Positions 25,471-35,754 of a stretch of 40,670 nt of DNA are shown piece after piece. The DNA is from Catajapyx aquilonaris (lineage: Eukaryota): the NCBI GenBank assembly GCA_000934665.2, contig JYFJ02004584.1:1-40670 (forward strand), read 5' to 3'. The position numbers and the translations under genes are program-made. Every line of letters starts with the position of its first letter. The first letter of the stretch is position 1. The notes below the pieces were generated by a model. The model worked only from the letters and a program-made list of their open reading frames with translations. It was not told where the DNA came from and did no database searches.

Positions 25471-25719
25471 CCTGACTGCCTGTTATAGCCCTCTCTCTCC
25501 TCTCTGGCTGACCACCACCAGACAATCCTTCTTCAAGGCTTCCGTCACCCCACTCGAACAACAACAACCTTCGAATTTCTCCACTCGCGAAGCAGCCTTT
25601 TTGATCAAGGTTGACTCACTCGCATTTTTCTCTCTCTCTCTCTGTGTCCCACCCCTCTTTCTTCTTCTTCTTCTTCTCCTCGTTCCCCCCAACGGATCGT
25701 CCACTGTTCTTTTTTTTTT

Positions 25720-26133
25720 TTAATCTTCCNTTTTTTTTTTTAAATCTTCCAGTGGACCCAACTCGGCGCGCGTGACCCCCCGACCGACCTGCAGGTGGAC
25801 TGGGGCGTGCGTGCGGGCGGGGTGGGTTCGGGCCCCGCAGTGTCTACAACGGTGGGTGATGGCGCGGGGCCTGCTTGCTGCTAGGCTGCGGTGGTGGTGG
25901 AGGACGCCTGACTGCCTGCCTGCCACCCGCGGATATTCTCCTGTCCTCCTCCTCCTCCCCNTTCCCCCCCCCCCCTCCCCCAGTCCTTTTCCTCTAGCTG
26001 CGCCCGACTGTTTGCCCTCTGACGTCACGGGGCGCGGTGCATTCTGGGTAGGGGGGAAGTGTAAGGGGGGGGCAGCACTTTTGTCTGGCCACCCTGGGGT
26101 CCGCGTCTGGCAACCTGTGAGGGGGACCACAAC
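25720..26133. promoter_or_regulatory. GC-rich bidirectional promoter ARIH1 / ZAD-ZNF
   Basis: Divergent ATGs at 25470 (-) and 26134 (+). CpG-rich, GC box ggggcggg-like near 25815, CRE palindrome tgacgtca at 26020-26027. Confidence 0.65.
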
Positions 26134-27760
26134 ATGGCGGGCAAGGAGTGCTTGATTTGCGGCAAAAGTTTGTCGGAGGCCAGCAATTTCTACCTGGCTG
26201 GAGGGACTGTCACGTCGGGTACTCGCACGCTGCTGTCGGAGTGGCTGGTGGCGGCGTCCAAGGCGGAGGTGCGGTGGAATCTGGACTGGGGAGAGCGGTT
26301 CGTGTGCAGGGGATGCTACCTGCTCATCAACCTGTCAGATCGTCTGAAGGCGCAGGCGGACAGGCTGAGGAAGGAGGTGCTGGAGAAGTTGAGGGACAGC
26401 AGGAAGCGCAAGGAAGAGACCAAGGCGGGCTCTGCTGGAAAGAGGGTGGCGACAGGAAGGGAGCAGGCCAAGACTGGAGTCAAGAGGATCAAGCGGGGGA
26501 ACAACAAGGAAGGAGGGAAGAGGAGGCAGGGAGGGCAGTGCGAGGAGTGCGGGAAGATATTCAGGTCTACACAGTGTCTGGAGGCAAGTTGCAGAGGCTA
26601 TGTTGTGACCATCAGTTTGAATAGAAAACTGGCAAAGCAATAATGTTCATGTCTCAAATTATTGCTGACTTCGAACCGGTAAAAATCATGGGCCCCTTAT
26701 AGTATCCTCACCTTGTCATTGTGGTGGGATGGCTCGCATCTCCCCTGCAACCCCATGAGCTATGCTGGCAGTAGCTTCGTCTACTGGCAGGGCCTCCCAA
26801 ATCAGAATGGTCTCTGGGATAGGCGACAGACTTTCCTCTCTTCTTTTTTCTCATTGTTTCTCTCACCATCTGTCCCACTTTTGTGTCTTCTTATAGCCAG
26901 ATAGCCATAGTTACTTGGGATCCTTCTTAATAAACCAAACCAAAAATGCATGGCATGGGAAGACACTTTTAAACCAACAATGCATGCATCTCAGTCACCC
27001 TTTCTCACTCATGGTCTTGGGAATTAATTTGGTAATGATGACTTGCCAGCTTGTCTTAATATGATGTGATTGCTTACAGGCTCATCGAATGGCTCATCGT
27101 GGCGAGTACCGCTTCCGTTGCCATGTGTGCCAGAAGGGCTTTAATCTGCGTCCATCACTTCGTATGCACCTCCGTCGTCATTCCTCTGAGCGCCCCCTTG
27201 TGTGTGAGCTGTGTGGTGCTGGTTTCCGTCACTCTGCCTCTCTCCGACTCCATCAAGGCTGGCGGCATGGCCCACCAGCCTTTCCTCCTGCCACCCCCTA
27301 CCCTTGTCCTGATTGCAACCGGCAGTTTTCCATGCGGTCCCACCTAGTTACACACAGACGGCGAGCTCACACTGGGGAACGACCGTATCCATGTGACATT
27401 GATTCTTGCCCTATGAGATTTGTCACAAAAAATGAGCTGCAGAGGCACCAGTATGGACACACTAAGAAGTTCCCACATGTGTGTGACCAGTGCCCTCGAG
27501 GATTCAGGTCAGAGCTGCTGCTCAGGCGCCATAAGGAAGCACAACATAGTATGGATGACACATTAGAACATTGTGATGAAGACGATGAGATTGGAAGGGA
27601 AGAAGAGGTAGCAAATCTAGAAGAGGAGGAGGAGGAGGAAGGGGAAGGCCTGTCTTCAGATCAGCAGACTGTGCTGCTGCATCTTCCCAATCTCATGGTA
27701 CCTGAGGGGTCCACCACCCTCACAGTGCAATTCCTTGAGAATAATAGTGAAGCACTGTAA
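26134..27760 (+). CDS. ZAD-domain C2H2 zinc-finger protein, 376 aa, six fingers
   Basis: Exons 26134-26583 and 27080-27760. N-terminal CLIC...VCRGC pair (ZAD-like). Finger 1 CEECGKIFRSTQCLE|AHRMAH is completed only by splicing GAG|gcaagt...ttacag|GCT. Five more C2H2 fingers, an HTGERPY linker and an acidic tail. Confidence 0.9.
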
Positions 27761-29768
27761 AGGGCTTGTATTCTTGTGAGTGACAGTGTGATCAAGAAAT
27801 TAAAGTGCCATTCTTGGTGTGTTGTTAGGCATCCAGTGCAAACTATGAATGTCCTGAGAACCCAACGAAGCATGCTGCAGAGACATTGCTCACTGACAAT
27901 AATAGTTGTTTGATTGTCATGCATTAAAGCACATTCATCATCCATACCTGCAGCCTGCACGAGTTTAATCATATTGCCATCCCTGAAGACATGAGCAAAT
28001 TGGTATGATGTGGTCTATAAAGCTAATGTTTGTAAGAACTTAACCCATATGTTCCCAAGGTTGATCTACTTATGATATTTTAATAATATTTTAAGTCATG
28101 AGTTAGAAGGCAGAAAGTAAAATAGAAAAAAAGTAGTTTAGCATAAAATTTTAATTACAACAGAAGTTACAAGACGTCCAATATATGAGAACGCTAGGAC
28201 TATCCGTATAATTTCTTCTCCACTCATTGCTTAATTTTACATGCAATGCAGTAGTAATTCTCACATTGAATGGTGCAGTGCTAGTAGCAATGATGGAATC
28301 GTATTATATCCCCATAATATTCAGGTATTTCAGCCCATTATGTCGAGTTTCATCAATTTTTTGAAGGCCTCTCTCTTTTAATCTTGGAAAGTATGGGTCC
28401 GAAGTTGCACAATGTAACACGATGGCTATTCAGGGTGATCTAAAATACCTGTACTTCTCCGATTGCTGTGGTTGTTGTTGGTACTAATCTTCATAATTTA
28501 AGCAGTCACTTATCAGTTATCAAAGTATTAGTGGATTGTAGGATACCATTGTTTCCTTTGCCACTCATAAGGGTCAACAATGAAATATTTTATGGTTGCT
28601 TTTCACAACCTTTCTTGCAACAGTCATACATTGTATATATTTTTCAAAGCTGTAGAAGTATTTACAATTCAAGGAAATAGTTACTCAATCACACCAGTTC
28701 TGAAATTGGCAAATTTCCTAAATTCAACTGGTAATTGGGGCTGATGCAATCACAGAAATGTGATGTATCTGCATTCTCCCACTAGATTACACTTTCATGA
28801 AGTGGTTCAGCATGCTTATTCTGTGATTTATATGCACAACTTCAAGAAATAGTTTTTTCTCAACTGTCTTATACAGGCTGAAGGGAAACTCGCTGAAATT
28901 CGCTAGGTAGACTGATAGTACTTGCAAAACTAATATAGTGCGCGTGCGCCCCGCTTATTTGGACCACATTGGGGCCACAGCATTTTGGGTTCAATTAACC
29001 GGGGTTCATGTGAAACAACGGGGGGAAAACGCAAAAAATTAGACTGCACTACCAGTTTTAATCCTCAAAAATGATTGTGCAACAGGTGAAGGTAAAATTG
29101 TCGTATAAAAGTGACTGTGTCATGCAAATGTCATGGAAGTGCAAAGTACTGTACGACTGTAAAGTAATTTTAGTGCTCAATCCTCTGTAAAAATTGTCTA
29201 GTAACACCTGCTGGCTTCATGTTTTTGTTAACAACGTGCAGTGAAAGGACCTCTGTCATTCCCTACTTGCATAAAAATCGCCTTAAAATAGCATTATAGC
29301 AACCAAACTGGTCAGACTAACAGGGGAAATCACCAGCTATCCGGGGGAAAATTACATTGATGGCATTGATTTGATTCCGGTCCTGGCAATTCGGCCCACA
29401 AATTCGCGGGGCACCAATAAAGCGGGCCGCACTGCATAGGGATGTGCAGTTAGTTTTAGGTGCCATTGCATAGCTAATGCACACGGTGCCGTCTAAGTTT
29501 CGTGACTTCACATCCATTCCGCCAGCTCCAATGAAGCAAAAGCCAGCTTGAGGGCCTCCGAATAATTCAGCCTTGGGTCCGCAATACATCGTCCAACCAT
29601 GTGCAATAAGTGATCGAATCGCGTCAGAGTAAGAATCCAGGTACGACACCCATGAACTTGTTTTCACCTCATATTTTACCTTCCGGCCCTCTACACTTTA
29701 AAAGCGCTGTACGCATTAACTATGCAACTGCGCCAAAAGTAATTGCATTGCTCCAGTCTGGAATGCTA

Positions 29769-29996
29769 CCGAAGCAGGTTGGCATAGTGGATAGGGCGTC
29801 CGACTGCTAATCGGGAGGTCCTGGGTTCGAATCCCGGGGCCGGCAACCCTGACCGTGGTTTTCTGTGGTTTTCCACGGTCTTTCTAGGATAATTCCGGGG
29901 TCGCTTCCGTATAATAGGCCACAGCCGCTTTCTTCCTTCCCTATCCTTGGAGGTTGAAAAGCAATGCTGGGCCAACCTCCTTAATATCAATTATAA
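29769..29996 (+). mobile_element. tRNA-derived SINE, copy 2
   Basis: Intact A box tggcatagtgg and B box ggttcgaatcc, with an anticodon-like stem-loop tccga-ctgctaa-tcggg. Body shared with the copy at 11312. 14-bp TSD agtctggaatgcta at 29755-29768 and 29997-30010. Confidence 0.9.
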
Positions 29997-30177
29997 AGTC
30001 TGGAATGCTAAAGACCTGTAACGAAATGGAATTAAATCCAAGCATAAGACTAATTGAAACTGCACCAGATTGCTTTCCTTATATGAAGCTCTGAGCTTTA
30101 CTTATGTACAAAAAAAATTTGTCACTTTCTAAGTAAATACACTGGGGATGATCTGATCAGGAATGAGTATTGATTCC

Positions 30178-33100
30178 CTATGCATCAGCTTCATCTGCAA
30201 TGAGCTTCCTCAGCTGCTTCACAATGGTCTCCTGCAGCTTCTTCTTGTCTCGTTCACTCTTCTTCAGCACTGAGAACACTTTCTTCTTGTCTGCTTCCCT
30301 AATCCTGCAATGAGATTTGTTGTCATGATCGTTCCTGCTACCCGAGAATTATTCTAAAATTTATTCTTGAATTATGGCCATTGGCAGGCTTGGGTGTAAT
30401 ATATTCTAACCTCATTGTAAGCCAACCATGTAAGACTGAGTTTGACTTAGAGAAAAAGCATTCGCCAAATCTAGGGTGAAAGATCAGAAGGGCATATGAC
30501 CCATTTGTTAACATTGGTTCATACACCCTTCTGATCTTTCACCCTCGAAATAATGCTCCCCATAGGCTGAAACCCTTACTTTTCTAGCAGCATGAGAGCC
30601 CTTCGTGGAGTGACCCGGCTATATTGTGGTCGCTCGGATTTCCTTTGCTCACAGAGATAGTTGGGCCAATCCCATCGCATAAAGAGAGCCAAGAGCTGCC
30701 GCAATTCTTCAAAACATTCTAGGAGTTCCTCTGGTGCCAGGCTTGGAACTGGCTGGGAAGCTGCAAACTCTGCCAAAAGCAAAGATATATTGACAATTTG
30801 TTGCTGTCACAAGTTAATTATTAAGACTCACTTTCACATTCTTGCAAGTCAAGGTAGAGCTGCTGCAGTGCACCTAGTGAAATCTGACGACGCTCGTCAT
30901 CTTCTACAAGCCGCAGCAATGAATGGTTCAAATGCAGACATGCCGTCTTACAGGCTGTCTCTGCCACATTTGGCTGGGTGGGAAGAGCAGAATGGATAAC
31001 GTTAAAACCAAGCTAAGACTGCAGTATTTTTTTGACACTTCCATAACAATATTATTCTTACGAGGCTTCACATCTGTCATTGTAATACTGCAGGGATTTA
31101 CATATTCCCTACAGAGGTAATTTTTTTGACCGAGGACAAATTTGTCACGGCAGCATTTGTGGGAACACAAATCCCACTAATGGTTTTTGCATGCAAAATA
31201 TCTCAATAGGGTTGTGCCTGAGTATTTCAAGTTTTTGTTTGGAACCCTCTAGAAGTGCTTCGTGCAGGTGTACAATAACCCACCGGCAAATTGGTGAATG
31301 CCTGAAAAGTTGACTGCAGGAAGGCAATGAGATCCAGCATGTATGCTGATGGCTCTGTCAACTCAGCTGCCTCAGGTTGCAGCCAGTCAACCCCTGCTAA
31401 CCCAACCAGGTCATCCACCTTGGTCTTCATCTTGGCATAAATCTCCTTCTCTGCCTCCACCCGAATGTCTGCAAATGTGGACCCAGCTTGTAGCCGGGCT
31501 GCTTTCGCAGCTTCTTTGCTGCTCACCCCAGTCAGGTTGGAAACAAACTGGTCCAGAAACACTGATGCTCGCTCCAAATGGGTTGTGTTGTATATGATCT
31601 GTATCAGCTGCAGCAGTCCCAAACCTGGCTGCCTCACCAATGTCAAGAGACACCCACTAAGGGTGCGAACTATCAACAAGTTAGCACTTTTTCGCAACAA
31701 TTCATCTGTCTCAGCTCGGCTGAAACCCAACCCCTCCGAGAACTTGAGGCAGGCATAAACAAACTCTTTAACTTGTGCATATACTCGAGGAACCATGGAA
31801 GAAAAGGGAAGGCGCCTTGGATATGGACTTGACTCCAGTGATTCATCACGAAATGGAAAGGATTCCAACACTTTGTGAAACTCATCCTCATTCGCCACCT
31901 GCATAGGTGAATAGTTGTCCTCTCCGAATATTTCTCGGAAGTTATGCACCCATTGGAGCATCAGGACTTCACTGTAATGGTCATGAATCTCGTAAAGGAG
32001 CTTCAGGAGTTTGCCCACTGCATAGCCATAGCTCTGAAAAAGTGGCAAAAAAATTAGGGTAAGTTGGATGTCAAGATTTAGCTTTGTGAATTGCTTTGTA
32101 ATATCAAATGCTCATGTTGACAATATTATCTTCAGTGGGAATTATTTTGCATGACTCTGATTATTATCAACAGCAGCAGAAGTTATAAAAGTTGGGCATT
32201 TTAATTTAACTAGCATAGATGCATAATCTTGTCAGTGTTAGAGGCTTTGCATAAAGAGAGATTGGCCAATCCAGGTTTTTGGACACCATGCTTTGTCTCA
32301 AAGAGCTGGAATTCGAAGTCAATAGTTTATTGTACATTTTACTGTGACTTCCTGACAGCAACCATGTTTGTGATCGTTGCTAGTTGTTTCAAAGTAGCAG
32401 TATTGCAGTACCACTCACAGAAAACAATGTCTTGAATTCCCGAGCTTCTAGATGGCAAAATATGACAAAATATATCACACAAAACACCTGGTTGACCAGC
32501 CTCTCTCCAGACTAGGCCTCTAATCAGTACAAATGCTAATTCCATCTGACTCAGTTGTCTCACCTTTAACGTGTTTGAGAAGAGAACAATGACCCTCTTG
32601 ATCCTCAGCATGAGATTGGCATCTGTGCAGTAAGCTGAGTGTGTTCCTAGGACTGTAACCACCCTGGTGAGGGCCATGTCCCAGAGTGATTCCAGATATG
32701 CTCTATCCACCAATCCTCCAGTTGTGTTGAGCAGATGGTCCTCCACAACAAAGAACCCCACAATCTCCTGGAAGTATCCCATATACCCCTCTATGCTCTC
32801 ATGCATGTTAATGGGAGGCTGCAGAATAAGACGCAGTTGCTTGCGACGCTGCTGCCTGTAGTAGTCTTCCAAAGCTTCTCTCTGCCCCAGCACAGTATAA
32901 ATGTGAACATAACGGTACACGGGGGAGAAGTCCACATGGTCCTGGGCACTTGCGCTGACCTCCTCTTCATCAACTGCTGAGCCATTGGTGGTCGAGAGAC
33001 TGCCATTGGGAAGGTGGGATGTAGGGGTGCGCTGTTGTTGCTCTCCAGCAGCTGCTTGCTCCATAGCCACTGCTCCAATAGTCGAGGAATTCTTGCGCAG

Positions 33101-35021
33101 GCCTTCCAGAAAGTCCTTTAATTCCATCATTGCTTCCTCCTTGATGTTCTCCCTCATCCTGGACATCAAGTAACATATAGGAATAATTATTTACTGGCAA
33201 CTTTTGATTTTCAGAGATAACTATTGCTTCTTTAAAATGTTTATCAAAATACCAAATTGCTAAGAACTGTTTAAAGTGTTAAGAAAGAGCTATTCCATGG
33301 ACCAATGCAAAGGATGACACTTGAGCATTGTTTTTTCCTTTGTCAATGAACTTGAGGAGCTGCAAGATGTCTTTCATATCTCAAATTTGGCTGTCGCTTA
33401 ACAGTCTCTACCATTGGTCTTACTTTGGTATGCTGGCCTCGATCTGGTGTGCAAAGTGAAGATGCTTGACAGGTGGTAGAAGTGAATGCTGCAGCTGATC
33501 CAGTGTCCTTAAAGCCTGGTAATGCTTCTGCCTTTGAGCCATCTGCGCTTGGAGCCTGGCTAGTGCCTGGAGTGGGGCCAGGCATGCCTGGAGCTGTGCC
33601 ATGGCTGCAGCCACCCTCCTCTCTGCCCTCCTTTCTTTGGCCAATTCTTCCTTTCGCTTGGACAACCGTGAACTGGCATCACCCAACACAGCTCCAACAG
33701 CTTTCACCTCCTCACGTAGTAGTCCAGCAGGAATTCGAACACCAACCAACTCCCTGATTGACTCAATGAATCCCTGGTAATGGGCATTGCAGGTGCGTTC
33801 TATGTCACGATCATGAGCCTTGATTCTTGTGTCCAGGCGCTCCAGGAACTGCCGATGGGTGTCACCATCATACACAGCCCTGAAAAAAGAGGCAACATGC
33901 TGAGAAAACTGGATCGACTGAAAACCTACTGCAACGTACTATTTGTAAAAACATGCAGCCCATAACTGAAACACTTCCAAATTGCCACTCATATGCCACA
34001 AACAAGGTGTTTCACTTCCTCCCTGGCAATACAACTAAGAACGCCTGTCAACCATTCAGTATCTGACGTATCCATTTCCAAGGATTTTTCTTTTCTTCTT
34101 CTCATGCAACTTTTCCACCAGATTGGTACCAAAATGTACCTTCCTCTTTCCTTTGTCAACTTCCTAGGAGCAACTCCAGGAATCCCATCCCCATAAAATA
34201 TTATCCATCTAATTTTTATGGCAGGGGTAGCTGAGAATGATCTGATTACAGTGAATTCTCAATTCATCATCTTCGTAATGACCCCTGAAAACAAAGCTGG
34301 ATATGGGTCAACAATAAATGCCGAAACCTATGTTAAATAAAATGTGTTACAGACCCTAGGAATTGAATGATGAGTCTGGGAAAATGATACATCAGAAAAT
34401 GATAGGTCGATGTTTCATTGCAATAAAATTGACACCTTAAATCAGAGTCAGTTATTTCCCCCGGTAAAATGTTTTATTCTGCAACTAGTTTAATTCTGAT
34501 GGTTGACAGATAAGCTACGATACCTTCTACCAACTTCCATGCATAAACCATAACAAGTAAAACATTACTGAAAATAAAGTCTTGCAGCCACACAACTAGG
34601 TAGGCAGCAAGAGGCTGCGTCAACGTGACAGTGCCATCGTGTCCACACCTGACAACCTGTGCGACCCCTCCTGGCTCATAGGCCTCCAGGTCGTCCAGCA
34701 GCCTGTCCAGCGGTGGTGGGGCAGAGGCCCTCCTGGCCTGCGCTGCCACCAGGGCCATCTTCTCTTCTTCTTCTTCTCCTGGCCCTCCCTGCCCAGCTGC
34801 ACCACCACCACCGCCCCAACCCTTCCAACCCAGACGCCCACGACGCCTGCGTCAGCCCGCCGAACATAAATCGGGCCTGGTCCTGTGCAACCCAAAATAA
34901 CCAGGCAGAAATGAGGGTGATTATTATACCTGAAGGTGGATGCCCTGAAGTCGTCCACCGCCTCGATCTCCTGCAGCTGGTGCTCCAGGCGCTGGACCTT
35001 CAGGGAGTTGCTCCTCTCCAT
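30178..35021 (-). CDS. EXOC6: Exocyst complex component 6 (Sec15), about 783 aa
   Basis: Exons 35021-34930, 33879-33424, 33158-32564, 32033-31284, 30973-30832, 30769-30580, 30304-30178, all GT-AG and in phase. Motifs HDRDIERTCNAHYQGFIESIRELV, VDFSPVYR, QEIVGFFVVED, PFSSMVP, LRQLLALFMRWDW, KKSERDKKKL. Confidence 0.95.
30473..30545. repeat. 73-nt near-perfect palindrome in the last EXOC6 intron
   Basis: agggtgaaagatcagaaggg ... cccttctgatctttcaccct forms a 20-bp perfect stem; the inner part is also largely complementary. Confidence 0.85.
34649..34758 (-). CDS. EXOC6: Candidate alternative N-terminal coding exon of EXOC6
   Basis: aagATGg start, MALVAAQARRASAPPPLDRLLDDLEAYEPGGVAQVVR, ending AG|gtgtgg in phase 2, the same phase as exon 35021-34930. 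Resembles the Sec15 N-terminal helix. Confidence 0.6.
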
Positions 35022-35149
35022 GGCCTCCTCTCGATTCAGACGGTCGTCAGCGAGCAGGTCGGATTCATTCAGAGGGACAGAGAAAGATGAAAAGGGCGGA
35101 TCCAATGCGCCGGCTCCATTTTCAGCCACACAAGACGTCCCATCACCTC

Positions 35150-35670
35150 GGGGCTGGACCTAACCCAGCCGCTTATCGTTACGAGCGGAATGGAGAGCTG
35201 CTTATTGAAGCAGTTGGCAATCGGCTGTTTTCATGTCACACTTTGCCAGATTTCAGCGTTCGTAAGAATTGCACAGTGACAAACCTTGGACAAACCAGTC
35301 AGTGGCATAGTCAGCACATTTCACCAGATGTCCACAGATCAATTTAAAGACGTGGCAATGTAGCAACATGTAGCTGCTATCACACTCACTAAATAGCTGC
35401 TTTGTACAACTAGTTACCAGCTGCACTTGATTTCATATACAAATGAAATAGGACATAATTTGAACATTTCTTCATTAGAAATGTGAGTGCGTACCATTTC
35501 ACGCGCAGTAATTATAAAATGAGTTGAGGTGAACATGTGCACCTGGCATCCTGCCGACCACCTTCTCCAATCCAACATGGCCGCACCGTAGAGCTGACAG
35601 GAAAGTAGTCTGCTCCTGCAATATTGGTGGTTCCTGCGAGTGAAGTGCTTGTGCTGCAGTCACGGGACTG
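35150..35670. promoter_or_regulatory. Bidirectional promoter region EXOC6 / SLC35C2
   Basis: Divergent ATGs at 35021 (-) and 35755 (+), only about 730 bp apart. Confidence 0.55.
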
Positions 35671-35754
35671 ATGTGCGATCGAGGAGACGTGGGTCGGGCT
35701 ACAAAGGAGCGCTTCTCATAACGAGCAGGCAGGCGCGGGCGCAACCAGTGAGAC

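Noticed and set aside
25483..26155. Arg/Gly-rich ORFs upstream of ARIH1
   Set aside because: Mostly non-ATG starts in GC-rich, low-complexity promoter/UTR sequence that includes ambiguous n bases (25730, 25961).
28040..28200. ttaa-ccc start suggestive of a piggyBac MITE
   Set aside because: No matching right terminus found.
28874..29754. GC-richer segment that may be another transposon
   Set aside because: No convincing TIR pair, TSD or coding similarity could be identified by eye.
29769..29845. tRNA gene (A and B boxes, anticodon loop)
   Set aside because: No proper acceptor stem; it continues into a repeat body shared with 11312 and is flanked by a TSD, so it is a SINE head.
31060..31110. 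Possible extra EXOC6 exon after a ctgtag acceptor
   Set aside because: It hits a stop in the required phase; exon 30973-30832 supplies the expected conserved Sec15 sequence.
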